From the NCBI GenBank assembly GCA_963783375.1, contig CAWANH010000028.1, positions 416,001-480,000 on the forward strand: a DNA stretch of 64,000 nucleotides, read 5' to 3'. Position 1 is the first letter of the stretch. Every line of letters starts with the position of its first letter. This document shows, in pieces, positions 31,658-41,426 of this stretch. The DNA comes from Candidatus Eiseniibacteriota bacterium (GTDB taxonomy: Bacteria > Eisenbacteria > RBG-16-71-46 > JABDJR01). The notes under the pieces were generated by a model. It made no database searches and was not told the DNA's origin. It saw only the letters and a list, made by a program, of their open reading frames with translations. Both the position numbers and the translations under genes were made by a program.

Positions 31658-31720
31658 GTACCCCCCGCCGGCCTCGCCCATCCCGACTGCCGTTGCGGCA
31701 GCCCCCAAGGAGAACCAGAC

Positions 31721-32726
31721 ATGGCGAACATCCGACGCAATATCACCGAAGCCGTGGGGCGAACGCCCCTGATCGAGCTCTCCCGTTTCGCCCCCGATGC
31801 CGGCGCGCGCATCCTGGGCAAGGCGGAGTTCATGAACCCCCTGTCCAGCGTGAAGGACCGGATCGGGGTGGCCATGGTCGAGGCGGCCGAGCGCGAGGGC
31901 CGCATCCAACCCGGAACGAACGTCCTGGTCGAACCCACCAGCGGCAACACCGGGATCGCCCTGGCCTTCGTGGCCGCGGCCCGGGGCTATCGCCTCGTCC
32001 TCACCATGCCCGACACCATGTCCGTGGAGCGGCGGAACCTTCTCCGCGCCCTGGGGGCGGAGCTGATCCTCACCCCGGGCGCGAACGGGCATGCCGGGGG
32101 CGATCGCGCGGGCGGAGGAGGTGGCGGCGGAGATCCCCGGCGCGATCATCCTCCAGCAGTTCGAGAACCCGGCCAACCCCGACGTCCACCGGCGGACCAC
32201 CGCCGAGGAGATCTGGGCGGATACCGACGGCGAGGTGGACCTGGTGGTGGCGGGGGTCGGGACCGGCGGCACCATCACCGGCATCGCCGAGGTGCTGAAG
32301 GGGCGCCGCCCCGGATTCCGCGCGATCGCCGTGGAGCCGACGGACTCGCCGATCCTCTCCGGAGGGAAGCCCGGCCCCCACAAGATCCAGGGGATCGGGG
32401 CCGGGTTCGTCCCGGGAAACCTGAACCGCGCCGTGGTGGACGAGGTTCTCACCGTGACCAACGACGATGCCTTTGCGGCCACTCGACGGCTCGCCCGGAC
32501 CGAAGGCATCCTGGCCGGGATCTCGGCCGGGGCCAACGTCCACGCCGCCTCGGAGGTGGCCCGCCGGCCGGAAAACGCCGGGAAGACCATCGTGACCATC
32601 CTCTGCGACACCGGCGAGCGCTACCTCTCCACCCCCCTGTTCCAGTTCGAGGACGCCGTGGCCGAGGCCGACACGAGCGCCACCGGCGCGTCGGCGCCGA
32701 CCGGGGCCCCGGGGAGGCGATCATGA
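31721..32726 (+). CDS. cysK: Cysteine synthase A, apparent frameshift near 32088
   Basis: RBS AAGGAG; [17 protein letters not shown], then [29 protein letters not shown] in a second frame. Confidence 0.92.
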
Positions 32727-33661
32727 GCACCGCGGAGTCGAACCTCGCCCATCATCGCCCCGCATCCGAGCCGCGCGGATCGGTACACGGGGTGAGACGG
32801 ATGCGCGAGGACCTGGCCACGGTCTTCGCCCGCGACCCCGCCGCCCGCACCACCGCCGAGGTGCTCATCTGCTACCCGGGTCTTCACGCCGTCTGGATGC
32901 ACCGGATGGCCCACGCCCTGTGGGGGCGGCGCCGGTTCCTGCTCGCGCGCTGGTTGAGCCACGTGGCGCGCGATGCGACCGGCATCGAGATCCATCCCGG
33001 CGCGACGATCGGGCGGCGGTTCTTCATCGATCACGGCATGGGGGTGGTGATCGGCGAGACCGCGGAGATCGGCGACGACGTGACCCTGTACCAGGGGGTG
33101 ACCCTGGGCGGGGTGAGCCTGGAGCGGGGAAAGCGCCACCCCACCCTCGAAGACGGGGTGGTGGTGGGCGCCGGGGCCAACGTGCTGGGCTCGCTCCGGG
33201 TGGGAGCCGGGGCGCGGATCGGCGCGGGCGCGGTGGTGGTCAAGGACGTTCCCCCGGGAGCCACGGTGGTGGGGCTTGCCGGACGCGTCCTGGACCGCGT
33301 TCATGATCGCGGCGAACGGCCGGGGATGGACCTGGCCGAGAGCAGCGGTGACCACGGTCGGTTCCGCGCCCTGGAGGCTGCACTCCGAGAAAGTCGCTCC
33401 GGGCGGGCGGTTCCACCCGGTCGGGTGACCGCGGACCCGTTGACGGCGGATGCTCATACCGCCTCACCTTACCCCTTCAGACTAGCACTTCCTTCACCGC
33501 AGTCCAGGGGAGCACCGGGGCGGGAGGGTTTCGGCCCGCGGCGCCTCAGCGGGGGCCGGAGTCGTCGAGCCGGAAGGAGAACATCACCGTGCCGGAGTGC
33601 GCTTCCACTCCGCCGCGGGACGCGTAGAGCGCGGTGGCCGGGCGGTTCCCCCGTTCGGTGA
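32723..33661 (+). CDS. cysE: Serine O-acetyltransferase (recognisable similarity ends near 33300; true 3' end probably earlier than the ORF stop)
   Basis: [35 protein letters not shown], hexapeptide repeats. Confidence 0.88.
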   Translation: MSTAESNLAHHRPASEPRGSVHGVRRMREDLATVFARDPAARTTAEVLICYPGLHAVWMHRMAHALWGRRRFLLARWLSHVARDATGIEIHPGATIGRRFFIDHGMGVVIGETAEIGDDVTLYQGVTLGGVSLERGKRHPTLEDGVVVGAGANVLGSLRVGAGARIGAGAVVVKDVPPGATVVGLAGRVLDRVHDRGERPGMDLAESSGDHGRFRALEAALRESRSGRAVPPGRVTADPLTADAHTASPYPFRLALPSPQSRGAPGREGFGPRRLSGGRSRRAGRRTSPCRSALPLRRGTRRARWPGGSPVR

Positions 33662-33992
33662 GGACCCAGGCTTCGGCACAGCCCAAGGCGCGGCCGATCT
33701 CGATCAGGGCGTCGAGGAGCGCGCGTCCCACGCCGCCCCGGCGGTGGGACGGAGCCACCGCAATCTCGTTCACCCAGAGCTCGGGCCGGGGCCTGTCGGG
33801 ATGGAGGTAGTGGACGCCCGAGGCGAAGCCGATCACCACTCCGCCTTCCAGCGCCACGACGAGGTGGTGACGGGGGTCGGCGAGGAACTGCCGGGCGGCG
33901 TCCGGATCCACCGCGTGGTCGAAGACGTCCGGGGCGACGCACTCCAGGACCGGCTCATCGCCGGAGCGGAGTCCGTGGATCTCGATCGGCAT
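33546..33992 (-). CDS. GNAT family acetyltransferase
   Basis: [13 protein letters not shown] motif A; [12 protein letters not shown]. Confidence 0.85.
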   Translation of the reverse strand: MPIEIHGLRSGDEPVLECVAPDVFDHAVDPDAARQFLADPRHHLVVALEGGVVIGFASGVHYLHPDRPRPELWVNEIAVAPSHRRGGVGRALLDALIEIGRALGCAEAWVLTERGNRPATALYASRGGVEAHSGTVMFSFRLDDSGPR

Positions 33993-34004
33993 GGCCGGCG
34001 GAGG

Positions 34005-34235
34005 TCAGCGCGGGGTCTGCCGGCGAAGGTAGGTGAGGAGGGCGACCACGCCCCCCGCGACCACCGCGGCGCTCAGCACGCGGAAGAGGCTGATCACCCA
34101 CGCGATGCCGATCCCCAGCGCCGCCCACTGGACCCACCAGTGCCCGGGCGAGGTCATAAGGTTGATGACCACGAGCATCAGGAGAATGAAGGGGCCCATG
34201 ATCAGGAAACGGACGGCGCGCAGGGTTCTGAACAT
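34005..34235 (-). CDS. Small membrane protein (2TM-domain-like)
   Basis: RBS GGAGGAG; hydrophobic helices with INLMTSPGHWWVQW. Confidence 0.7.
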   Translation of the reverse strand: MFRTLRAVRFLIMGPFILLMLVVINLMTSPGHWWVQWAALGIGIAWVISLFRVLSAAVVAGGVVALLTYLRRQTPR

Positions 34236-34374
34236 CGGTGTCTCTCCTCCGAAGACCAGTACGCACGACCGGGTGGCGGGGTTGCGCGCCACGCCGCGCC
34301 CCATCCCCCGGCCGTCCTCCCGCCCCCCCCCCGGAGCCGGGGGGAGGACGGGACCAATAGTAGCCGGTTAACCT

Positions 34375-34989
34375 CTAACGATACAAGGACTTGACCATAC
34401 CCCAGCTCCCCTTCTCCACCGGAACCGCCGAGTCGCAGAAGGTACACCCGGTGAGGTGGATCGTGTAGTTGTAGGAGATGGGCGCGACGGCGGCGGGATT
34501 GAAGCCGAGGAGCGGGTTCCCGGCTCCCGGGCCGTCCGGCGCCCGCTCGGTCCCCTGCGCCGGCGGATCCCAGATGGTCCCGCTGGAGGAGTACGGCTCG
34601 GCGTCGCTGATCATGACGCCAAGGTAGTAGTAGCCCGGAGCCACGGCGGGGGCGGTCACGTCGGTATAGCCGCCCATACATCCGTCGTCGAGGCTCAGGC
34701 CGTTCCCCGCCGCGTCGAACAGGCAGATATCGGCGTCCGCGTAGGTCGCGCAAAGCATCCCGGCGAAGAAGGTCGGGGGATCGCTGATGTAGATGCAGTA
34801 GAGATCGGAGTCGGTGTCGGAGATGAACGCTCCGTCGATCTGGGTCAGGGCGCCGGCGCCGGTGGTGACCTGGGCGGTGCCGAGGGTCTCTCCGGCGTCG
34901 GGGGCTTCGATCCAGGTCTGGGCGGAGGCGGCGAGCGGAGCGAGAACGAGCGCGGCCACGGCGAGAGAGAGCGCGGTGCGGGGCAGCAT
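34375..34989 (-). CDS. Secreted protein with C-terminal PVEKGSWGMVKSLYR tail
   Basis: RBS AAGGAG; signal peptide ending ASA-Q; DAGE...DSDLY beta-sandwich-like body. Confidence 0.8.
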   Translation of the reverse strand: MLPRTALSLAVAALVLAPLAASAQTWIEAPDAGETLGTAQVTTGAGALTQIDGAFISDTDSDLYCIYISDPPTFFAGMLCATYADADICLFDAAGNGLSLDDGCMGGYTDVTAPAVAPGYYYLGVMISDAEPYSSSGTIWDPPAQGTERAPDGPGAGNPLLGFNPAAVAPISYNYTIHLTGCTFCDSAVPVEKGSWGMVKSLYR

Positions 34990-35180
34990 GGGGGAACTCC
35001 TTGTGAGGTAGCCATGGGTGCCCGCGTTGCGTTGGGAGGGGGGCACCCGGACGCAAGATGCGCGCAGTATAGCACTGGAACCCGACCGGTTTCCTATGGA
35101 ATCGAGATTCCCTCGAAACGCCCCGGGCCCCGGCAACGCGGCCCCGGCTTTCGAGTTGCCGGCCGCTCGCGGGACGACCG

Positions 35181-35996
35181 TCAGAACCCCAGATCCAGAT
35201 CGGTCTGGAGCCCCAGGAGCTTCTGGAGGATCCGGGCGCTCTTCACCGCCCGCCCCATGTAGCAGTTGTTGAAGAAGACGTAGGTGCGCTCGGTCTGGTT
35301 GGCGATGGTCCGGATCCGGTCCAGCCACTCCGAGAGTTCCTCCGCCGAGTAGTCCCAGTCGTAGCGCTCGTGGCCGCCCCCGAACCAGGTGGCGGCGTTC
35401 CGGCCGTGGAAGCGGATGTAGCCGGTGTCGGTGGTGGCGGCGGCCACGGGGGGCATGAGCCCGGGGAGCGCCGGCTCGTCCACCGCGCAGTACCCCACGC
35501 TCAGCCGTTTCAGGAATTCAAGCACCGGCGCCTGGTTCCAGCTGTCGTGGCGGAACTCGGCCCAGAGCCGCATCCCGGGAAGCGCCTCCCGGAGGAACGC
35601 CACGTGGCCCCGGCTCCGGGTCTCGTTCTTGAACCCGAAGGGGAACTGAAGGAGCACCCCGTCGAACTTTCCCGCCGCCCGCAGGGGTTCGATCGCGTCC
35701 AGAAAGGTGGTGTAGAGCCCCTTCTCCCGGCTTCCGTGATGGGTCATGTCCTGGTGGGCCTTGATCACGAAGAGGAAGTCGCGCGGGGATCTTCTGGCCA
35801 TGGCCTCGAAGCTCCGGGGCGGAGGGATCCGGTAGTAGGTGGCGTTCACCTCGGTGACCGGGAACTTGGTGGCGTAGTAGGGAAGGAAGTCGGACTTGGC
35901 CAGGCCCTTGGGATAGAACGGCCCCACCCAGTCGTCGTAGGAGTAGCCCGAGGCGCCGATCCAGAGTTTCGATTCGAGGTCCTGGGTTTCGATCAT
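35181..35996 (-). CDS. DUF72 domain protein
   Basis: IGASGYSYDDW, EVNATYY, LLQFP, AEFRH, YIRFHGRN, VFFNN. Confidence 0.9.
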   Translation of the reverse strand: MIETQDLESKLWIGASGYSYDDWVGPFYPKGLAKSDFLPYYATKFPVTEVNATYYRIPPPRSFEAMARRSPRDFLFVIKAHQDMTHHGSREKGLYTTFLDAIEPLRAAGKFDGVLLQFPFGFKNETRSRGHVAFLREALPGMRLWAEFRHDSWNQAPVLEFLKRLSVGYCAVDEPALPGLMPPVAAATTDTGYIRFHGRNAATWFGGGHERYDWDYSAEELSEWLDRIRTIANQTERTYVFFNNCYMGRAVKSARILQKLLGLQTDLDLGF

Positions 35997-37168
35997 CGCT
36001 GGTCCTTCCTCAGGAACACCCCGCCGGGGAGGATCGCGCCTTCGCCGAAGCGATCGCGGAGCCGGTCGGAGACCCGCACCCGTTCCCGCCGCCGGAGATC
36101 CTCGGGGAGGAGCGGTTCTTCTCCCCCGGCCGCCACCAACCCCATGCCGGCCACCCCGACCAGACGCAGGGGACGTCCGCCGCGAGCGCTCTCCAGGAGC
36201 CCCCAGGCGTGGTGCGCCAGCACCGAGGCCTCGGCGGTCGATTCCGCCAGGCCGCGTTGTCTACTGTAGCGTTTCATGCCCACCTTGAACCGCACCGCCG
36301 CCACCCGTGCGGTGAGCCCGTACAACCTGAGCCGCCGGGCCACCCGGTCGGCCAGGAGCCAGACCGTGGCGCGAAGGTGGACCGCGTCCGCGGTGTCCCT
36401 GGCGAAGGTGGTCTCGTGGCCCGCGCTCTTGGGGGGGGATTCCTCCCCGGCGGCGATCACCGCGTCGTCCCCTTCCCCCGAGGCCTGGGCGGGGAGCGCG
36501 GCCGACCAGCGGCCGAACACCGGGCGGAGCCGCTCCGGACGGGTTCGGGAGAGATCCCCGACGGTCACGATCCCCAGCTTGGCCAGTTCCGCGGTGGTTC
36601 GAGGACCGACCCCGGGGATCACCGACACCGGCTTCACCCCGAACACCTCCAGGAATTGATCCGGCGCCACCGCCCTGACCCCGCCCGGTTTGGCCAGGGC
36701 CGAGACCATCTTGGCCTGGAGCTTGGTCGCCGCGGCTCCCACGGTGCAGGCAAGGCCGCGCTCGTCGGAGACCGCCCGGCGGATGACCGCGCCCAGTTCC
36801 AGCGCCCGCGCTTCCCACGACGCCTCCGGGGCCGGAGCGAACTCCAGGTAGGCCTCGTCGATGCTGGCCGGCTCCACCCGGGGGGAAAACCGGTCCAGCA
36901 CCGCCAGCACCGCCAGGGATTCATGAATGTACTTGGGGGGATCGACGGGGAGGACCAGGAGGCCCGGACAGAGGCGGAGGGCCTCGGCCATGGACATCCC
37001 CGAGCGCACCCCGAACGCCCGGGCCGGGTAGTTGGCGGTGGTCACCACCCCGCGCGGACCTGGCCCGCCGCCCACCGCAAGAGGACGGGAGCCGAGCCGG
37101 GGGTCGGAGCGGGTCTCCACCGAGGCGAAGAAGGCGTCCATGTCCACGTGGAGGAGCAGGGGGCGCAC
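35993..37168 (-). CDS. dinB: DNA polymerase IV (Y family)
   Basis: HVDMDAFFASVE, ANYPARAFGV, ASIDEAY, AKPGG, IPGVG. Confidence 0.92.
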   Translation of the reverse strand: MRPLLLHVDMDAFFASVETRSDPRLGSRPLAVGGGPGPRGVVTTANYPARAFGVRSGMSMAEALRLCPGLLVLPVDPPKYIHESLAVLAVLDRFSPRVEPASIDEAYLEFAPAPEASWEARALELGAVIRRAVSDERGLACTVGAAATKLQAKMVSALAKPGGVRAVAPDQFLEVFGVKPVSVIPGVGPRTTAELAKLGIVTVGDLSRTRPERLRPVFGRWSAALPAQASGEGDDAVIAAGEESPPKSAGHETTFARDTADAVHLRATVWLLADRVARRLRLYGLTARVAAVRFKVGMKRYSRQRGLAESTAEASVLAHHAWGLLESARGGRPLRLVGVAGMGLVAAGGEEPLLPEDLRRRERVRVSDRLRDRFGEGAILPGGVFLRKDQR

Positions 37169-37359
37169 GGGAATTCCCTCTTTCAAGAGCGCACCGGAGG
37201 TTATAGGCTCCAAGCGGCAATTGCCTGGGGTTTCGCCTATCCTAGCATACCAATCATACGTTTGGTATCCGCATCCCCGCCGAACCCCTAATTCACTGAA
37301 AAAGAACGACTTCTGCCCGGCGCCGGGTGGCCGAACGCCCCCGGCTGCGAGGGAAAACC

Positions 37360-38871
37360 ATGAATACAGACACCCAACCCACCGTGCTGACCCGGGGCGT
37401 CGAGCTGGATCTCACCCCGGACCAGGTCTTCCAGAATCTCCACCGGATGCCCGGCTTCTTCTTCCTGGACAGCGCCATGGCCGGCCACGAGCTCTCGCGC
37501 TGGTCCTACATCGGGGTGAATCCGTTCCTCACCCTGCGCAGCCGTGGGGAAGGCATGGACCTGGTGGAGGGGAAGAAGATCACCCATCGGTTCGGGAACC
37601 CCCTGGAAATCCTGAACGCCGAGATGAACCGGATCCGGCTCACCGGCGGGAGCCCGCTGGTTCCCTTCTCCGGCGGCGGGGTCGGCTACTTCGGATACGA
37701 GCTGGGCCGATCCACGGTGGAAGTGGAGCTCCCGGTGGCCGACGATCTCGGCCTTCCCGAGATGGTGTTCTCCTTCTATCGCACCATCCTGGCCTACGAG
37801 CACAAGACCCGGCGGTGGTACGGCGCGGCCCTGGATATCGCCGGGGGCCGCGGCACCACCATCCGGAAGCGCCTGGGGTCGGACATCGAGAAGATGCGGG
37901 AGCTGGCCACCAAGATGCACCGGGGCTCTCCGGCCACCGCTTCCGCCGAGAGCGCGGAGGAGGGGGCCGAAGCCGTCGACGAAGTGGTGATCCCCACCGG
38001 CCACCGGATCGAAGTGGACGGGGTGAGCGCGCTCTCCACCATGAGTCGCGACCAGTACCTGGCCGCGGTGCGGAAGATCAAGGAACACATCGCCGCCGGC
38101 GAGATCTACCAGGCCAACCTCACCCAGCGCTGGAGCATCCCCTACGAGGACGAACCGGGGAAGATCTACACCGCGCTCCGGAAGGCGAGCCCGGCTCCGT
38201 TCGGGGTCTACATGAACACCGGCGAGGCGGTGATCGCGGGATCGTCCCCGGAATGCTTCCTGTCGGTGGCGGGGCGCTCCATCGAGACCCGGCCGATCAA
38301 GGGGACCCGCCCGCGCGGCGCCGATCCCGACGAGGACGCGAGGCTCCGTCGCGAGCTGGAGGACAGCCAGAAGGACAAGGCCGAGCTCACCATGATCGCC
38401 GACCTGGAGCGAAACGACCTCGGACGGGTCTCCACCCCGGGCTCGGTCCGGGTGGAAGAGCTGCACCGGCTCGAGACCTTCTCCAACGTGCACCACCTGG
38501 TGTCGATCGTGCGCGGGGAGCTTCGAGGCGACGCGAACCTGAAGGACATCCTCGACGCCACCTTCCCCAGCGGCTCCATCACCGGCGCCCCCAAGAAGCG
38601 GGCGATGGAGATCCTGGCCGAAATCGAGGGCACGGTGCGCGGCCCCTATACCGGGGCCATGGGGTTCATGGGGCTCGACGGGTCCATGGAGCTGAACGTG
38701 GCCATCCGCACCCTGGTGCTCTCCCAGGGAAAGGTTCATCTCGGGGTGGGCGGCGGCATCGTGGCCGACTCGGAGCCCGAGGCGGAGTACGAGGAGTGCC
38801 TGGCCAAGGCCCGGGCCATGCTGACCGCGATCCGCGAGGCTCGCTCCCCGGAGCCGACCCCGGCGTCCTGA
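37360..38871 (+). CDS. pabB: Aminodeoxychorismate synthase component I (chorismate-binding family)
   Basis: YQANLT, SSPECF, TRPIKGT, KDKAELTMIADLERNDL, SITGAPK, NVAIRT, GGGIVADS. Confidence 0.85.
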   Translation: MNTDTQPTVLTRGVELDLTPDQVFQNLHRMPGFFFLDSAMAGHELSRWSYIGVNPFLTLRSRGEGMDLVEGKKITHRFGNPLEILNAEMNRIRLTGGSPLVPFSGGGVGYFGYELGRSTVEVELPVADDLGLPEMVFSFYRTILAYEHKTRRWYGAALDIAGGRGTTIRKRLGSDIEKMRELATKMHRGSPATASAESAEEGAEAVDEVVIPTGHRIEVDGVSALSTMSRDQYLAAVRKIKEHIAAGEIYQANLTQRWSIPYEDEPGKIYTALRKASPAPFGVYMNTGEAVIAGSSPECFLSVAGRSIETRPIKGTRPRGADPDEDARLRRELEDSQKDKAELTMIADLERNDLGRVSTPGSVRVEELHRLETFSNVHHLVSIVRGELRGDANLKDILDATFPSGSITGAPKKRAMEILAEIEGTVRGPYTGAMGFMGLDGSMELNVAIRTLVLSQGKVHLGVGGGIVADSEPEAEYEECLAKARAMLTAIREARSPEPTPAS

Positions 38872-38872
38872 G

Positions 38873-39757
38873 ATGCCTCACGTCTACCTGAACGGCGAGA
38901 TCGTCCCGGAGGCGCGGGCTGTGCTCCCGGTCAACGACCGGGCGGTGCTGTTCGGGGACGGGGCCTACGAGACCATGCGGAGCTACGCGGGGACGTTCTT
39001 CCGGCTCCCCGGGCACCTCCGCCGGCTCCGCCACACCCTCCACGGGATGCAGCTCGATCTCCCGGTGACCGACGCCGAGATCTCCCGGGGAGCGCTGGCG
39101 CTGCTCCGGGCCGACGGGCTCGCCGACGCCCGGGTGCGGCTCACCGTGACCGGAGGCCTCTTCGACGGGGCCATCCGGCTCCGGCGGTCCCACCCTCCGA
39201 ACCTCTTCCTCACCGCGGTCCCCCTGGTCCCCCCTCCCGCCGACGGCTACCGGAACGGGGTGGACGTGGTGCTTTCCCGCTGGCCGGTCCACAGCGACTC
39301 GCCGCTCCCCCGGATCAAGACCGTGAACCGGCTCATGCACCTCATGGCCAAGGAGGAGGCGCTGGCCGCCGGGGCCTGGGAGGCGCTGTTCCTGGACGAG
39401 GCCAGAGGGTTGCTGGAGGGGACCGCCACCAACGCGTTCTTCGTGGTGGACGGGTCGCTCCGCACCGCCTCCCTGGAAGGGCCGTTGTTGGCGGGGGTGA
39501 CCCGCGACGCGGTCCTGGAGGTGGCGCGGGGGGAGGGCGTGCCGGTGATGGAAGGGCGAGTCGCCCCCGAGGACCTCACTGAGGCCACCGAGGCCTTCCT
39601 CACCAGCACCACCCTCGAGCTGCTCCCCATCCGCGCGGTGGACGGGCGGGCGGTGGGCGACGGCCGTCCGGGCCCGGTGTGGGAGCGGCTGATCCGGGCC
39701 TACCGGGCGCTGGTGAGCCGCGAGACCGGGGTGGCTTTGGATCCGATGCCGGTTTAG
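38873..39757 (+). CDS. Aminotransferase class IV (likely ADC lyase, PabC-like)
   Basis: FGDGAYETMR, HLRRL, IKTVNRL, EGTATNAF, LAGVTR; adjacent to pabB. Confidence 0.85.
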   Translation: MPHVYLNGEIVPEARAVLPVNDRAVLFGDGAYETMRSYAGTFFRLPGHLRRLRHTLHGMQLDLPVTDAEISRGALALLRADGLADARVRLTVTGGLFDGAIRLRRSHPPNLFLTAVPLVPPPADGYRNGVDVVLSRWPVHSDSPLPRIKTVNRLMHLMAKEEALAAGAWEALFLDEARGLLEGTATNAFFVVDGSLRTASLEGPLLAGVTRDAVLEVARGEGVPVMEGRVAPEDLTEATEAFLTSTTLELLPIRAVDGRAVGDGRPGPVWERLIRAYRALVSRETGVALDPMPV

Positions 39758-39819
39758 GAGGATTCGTCTAACCTCTTCACGAAGCCGGTGTTGCGAGACA
39801 CGCCACGCGTCGGCCCCGT

Positions 39820-39848
39820 TTGCAGGCCGCAGTCCTTGGGAGTACTAT
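39820..39848 (+). promoter_or_regulatory. sigma70-type promoter of the TA operon (probably leaderless mRNA)
   Basis: TTGCAG-17 nt-TACTAT, with ATG 7 nt after the -10 box and no RBS. Confidence 0.6.
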
Positions 39849-39855
39849 CCTGTCC

Positions 39856-40083
39856 ATGAGCTGGCAGCAGTGGATCGAACTCAAGTCCGACGTGCGAAGC
39901 GGAAAGCCCTGCATAAAGGGTACGCGCATAGCCGTTTACGATATTCTTGAGTACCTCGCCGGCGGCATGAGCGAGCAGGACATCCTCCACGACTTCCCCT
40001 CGCTACGCCTCGAACACATCCGTGCTGCGCTATCCTTTGCCGCAGACCGAGAGCGGCGACTTGCCGCCCCGCCGGCCGCGTGA
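39856..40083 (+). CDS. DUF433 antitoxin
   Basis: GKPCIKGTRIAV...GMSEQDILHDFPSL...IRAALSFA. Confidence 0.9.
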   Translation: MSWQQWIELKSDVRSGKPCIKGTRIAVYDILEYLAGGMSEQDILHDFPSLRLEHIRAALSFAADRERRLAAPPAA

Positions 40084-40415
40084 AGCTTCTCTTTGATGAG
40101 AACCTCAGCCCTCGCCTTGTCGAGTTGTTGGATGCCCTCTATCCCGGCAGCCGGCACGTCGCATCCATAGGCCTTGAGGGCAAGAGCGACCAAGAGATCT
40201 GGGACCACGCCGCTGCTAATGAATTCATCATTGTGTCCAAGGACAACGACTTCCGGCAGCGTTGCTTCGTCCTCGGCCCGCCACCCAAGGTGCTCTGGCT
40301 GTCCGTAGGAAACGCGGGCACCTCGGCCATACGGACGCTGCTCGAGAATGCGCGGCCGGCGGTCGTGGAGTTTGCCGAGAATGCTGAAGAAGCGCTCCTA
40401 GTCTTGGAAGTGTGA
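40080..40415 (+). CDS. DUF5615 PIN-like toxin
   Basis: KLLFDENLS, DQEIWDHA, IVSKDNDF, PPKVLWL; GTGA overlap with antitoxin. Confidence 0.9.
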   Translation: MKLLFDENLSPRLVELLDALYPGSRHVASIGLEGKSDQEIWDHAAANEFIIVSKDNDFRQRCFVLGPPPKVLWLSVGNAGTSAIRTLLENARPAVVEFAENAEEALLVLEV

Positions 40416-40448
40416 TGGGACCAACAGAGGTCGCTTAGTGGTTTTCTG

Positions 40449-40934
40449 TCACGAGAGGTCGAGCTCGAGTTGGCGCTCGCGGATGTGCTCCCGTGGCGGC
40501 GGAAGCGAACCGGTGCGACCGTTGGGCCGGAATCCGTGCCGCAGGTAGAGCGCGTTCGCCGGGGCGTTGGCCTCCCCCACGTCCAGGAGCATCCGCGCGA
40601 ATCCGGCCGACCGGGCCCAGCCGATGAGCGCTTCGACCAGGGCGTCGCCCACGCCGGTTCCACGCGCTTCCGGAGCCACCCACATCGACAGCAGCCAGAC
40701 GGTGTCGTTGTCTTCACGGTCCGGCGCCCCTCGCACGACCCCCACGTCCCGCCCGTCGTGCACCGCGACGAAGGTGGCCATGGCGGCGAGCTGCTCCGGC
40801 CAGGACGTGTCCGGCCGGGGGGCGGTTTCCTGGTAGGTGCTGCCGAAGGCGTCGGGGGCGTCCCGGAGCGAGCGGAGGCGGATCTCGCGGAAACGCGGAC
40901 CCTCCGCCGGATCGAGTCGCTGAATTTCCATCAT
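40449..40934 (-). CDS. GNAT family acetyltransferase
   Basis: LRDAPDAF, SMWVAPEARGTGVG, NAPANALYLRHGF. Confidence 0.85.
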   Translation of the reverse strand: MMEIQRLDPAEGPRFREIRLRSLRDAPDAFGSTYQETAPRPDTSWPEQLAAMATFVAVHDGRDVGVVRGAPDREDNDTVWLLSMWVAPEARGTGVGDALVEALIGWARSAGFARMLLDVGEANAPANALYLRHGFRPNGRTGSLPPPREHIRERQLELDLS

Positions 40935-40978
40935 GGGTTTTCGGGCGAGTTCATCCGGGTGAACACCCGGGGGCGCAT

Positions 40979-41422
40979 CTAGCCCCCGTCCCCCACTGCC
41001 CAGTACCCGTCCACCGCGCGCCCCTCCTCTGCCCACCCGTTCATCCCCCCCTGGAGCCGGTACACAAGGGGAAAACCGTAGCGCTCGGACGCCTCCCGGG
41101 CCGGATCCTCGCCCACCACCGGCGGCTCGCCGTCCTGGTTGTAGAAGACGATGGGCTCGCTGTGGTCCATGGGGAGGACGTCCCGGAGCTCGGGGATGGT
41201 GCGGCGGCCGGCCCAGATCGCGCCGGGGAGGTGGCCGGCGGTGTAGAGCGACTCCGGCCGGGTATCCAGAAGCACCATCGCGCGCCCGGTCTCCATCCAG
41301 GAGACCAGGGTGTCGGGCTCGAGGGACCGCACCTCGCTCTCCGATTCCTCGGAGCGCATGCTGCACGCGCCCAGGACCACCGCCAGCATCAAGAACCCCA
41401 ACCATCGGACCCGTTTTCCCAT
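40979..41422 (-). CDS. Rhodanese-like lipoprotein (no catalytic Cys)
   Basis: Lipobox LGAC; LLDTR, GHLPGA, LQGGMNGW; IVFYN at the usual Cys loop. Confidence 0.8.
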   Translation of the reverse strand: MGKRVRWLGFLMLAVVLGACSMRSEESESEVRSLEPDTLVSWMETGRAMVLLDTRPESLYTAGHLPGAIWAGRRTIPELRDVLPMDHSEPIVFYNQDGEPPVVGEDPAREASERYGFPLVYRLQGGMNGWAEEGRAVDGYWAVGDGG

Positions 41423-41426
41423 CGGA

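Noticed and set aside
31440-31720. SAM or T-box riboswitch upstream of cysK
   Set aside because: No SAM-I core or T-box motif visible; the leader peptide plus terminator explains the region
31721-33661. 646-aa CysK-CysE fusion in the ORF track
   Set aside because: Produced by the frameshift near 32088; cysK continues in another frame and cysE has its own RBS and ATG at 32723
40449-41405. 318-aa extended GNAT
   Set aside because: The upstream part overlaps the rhodanese gene out of frame; GNAT begins near 40934
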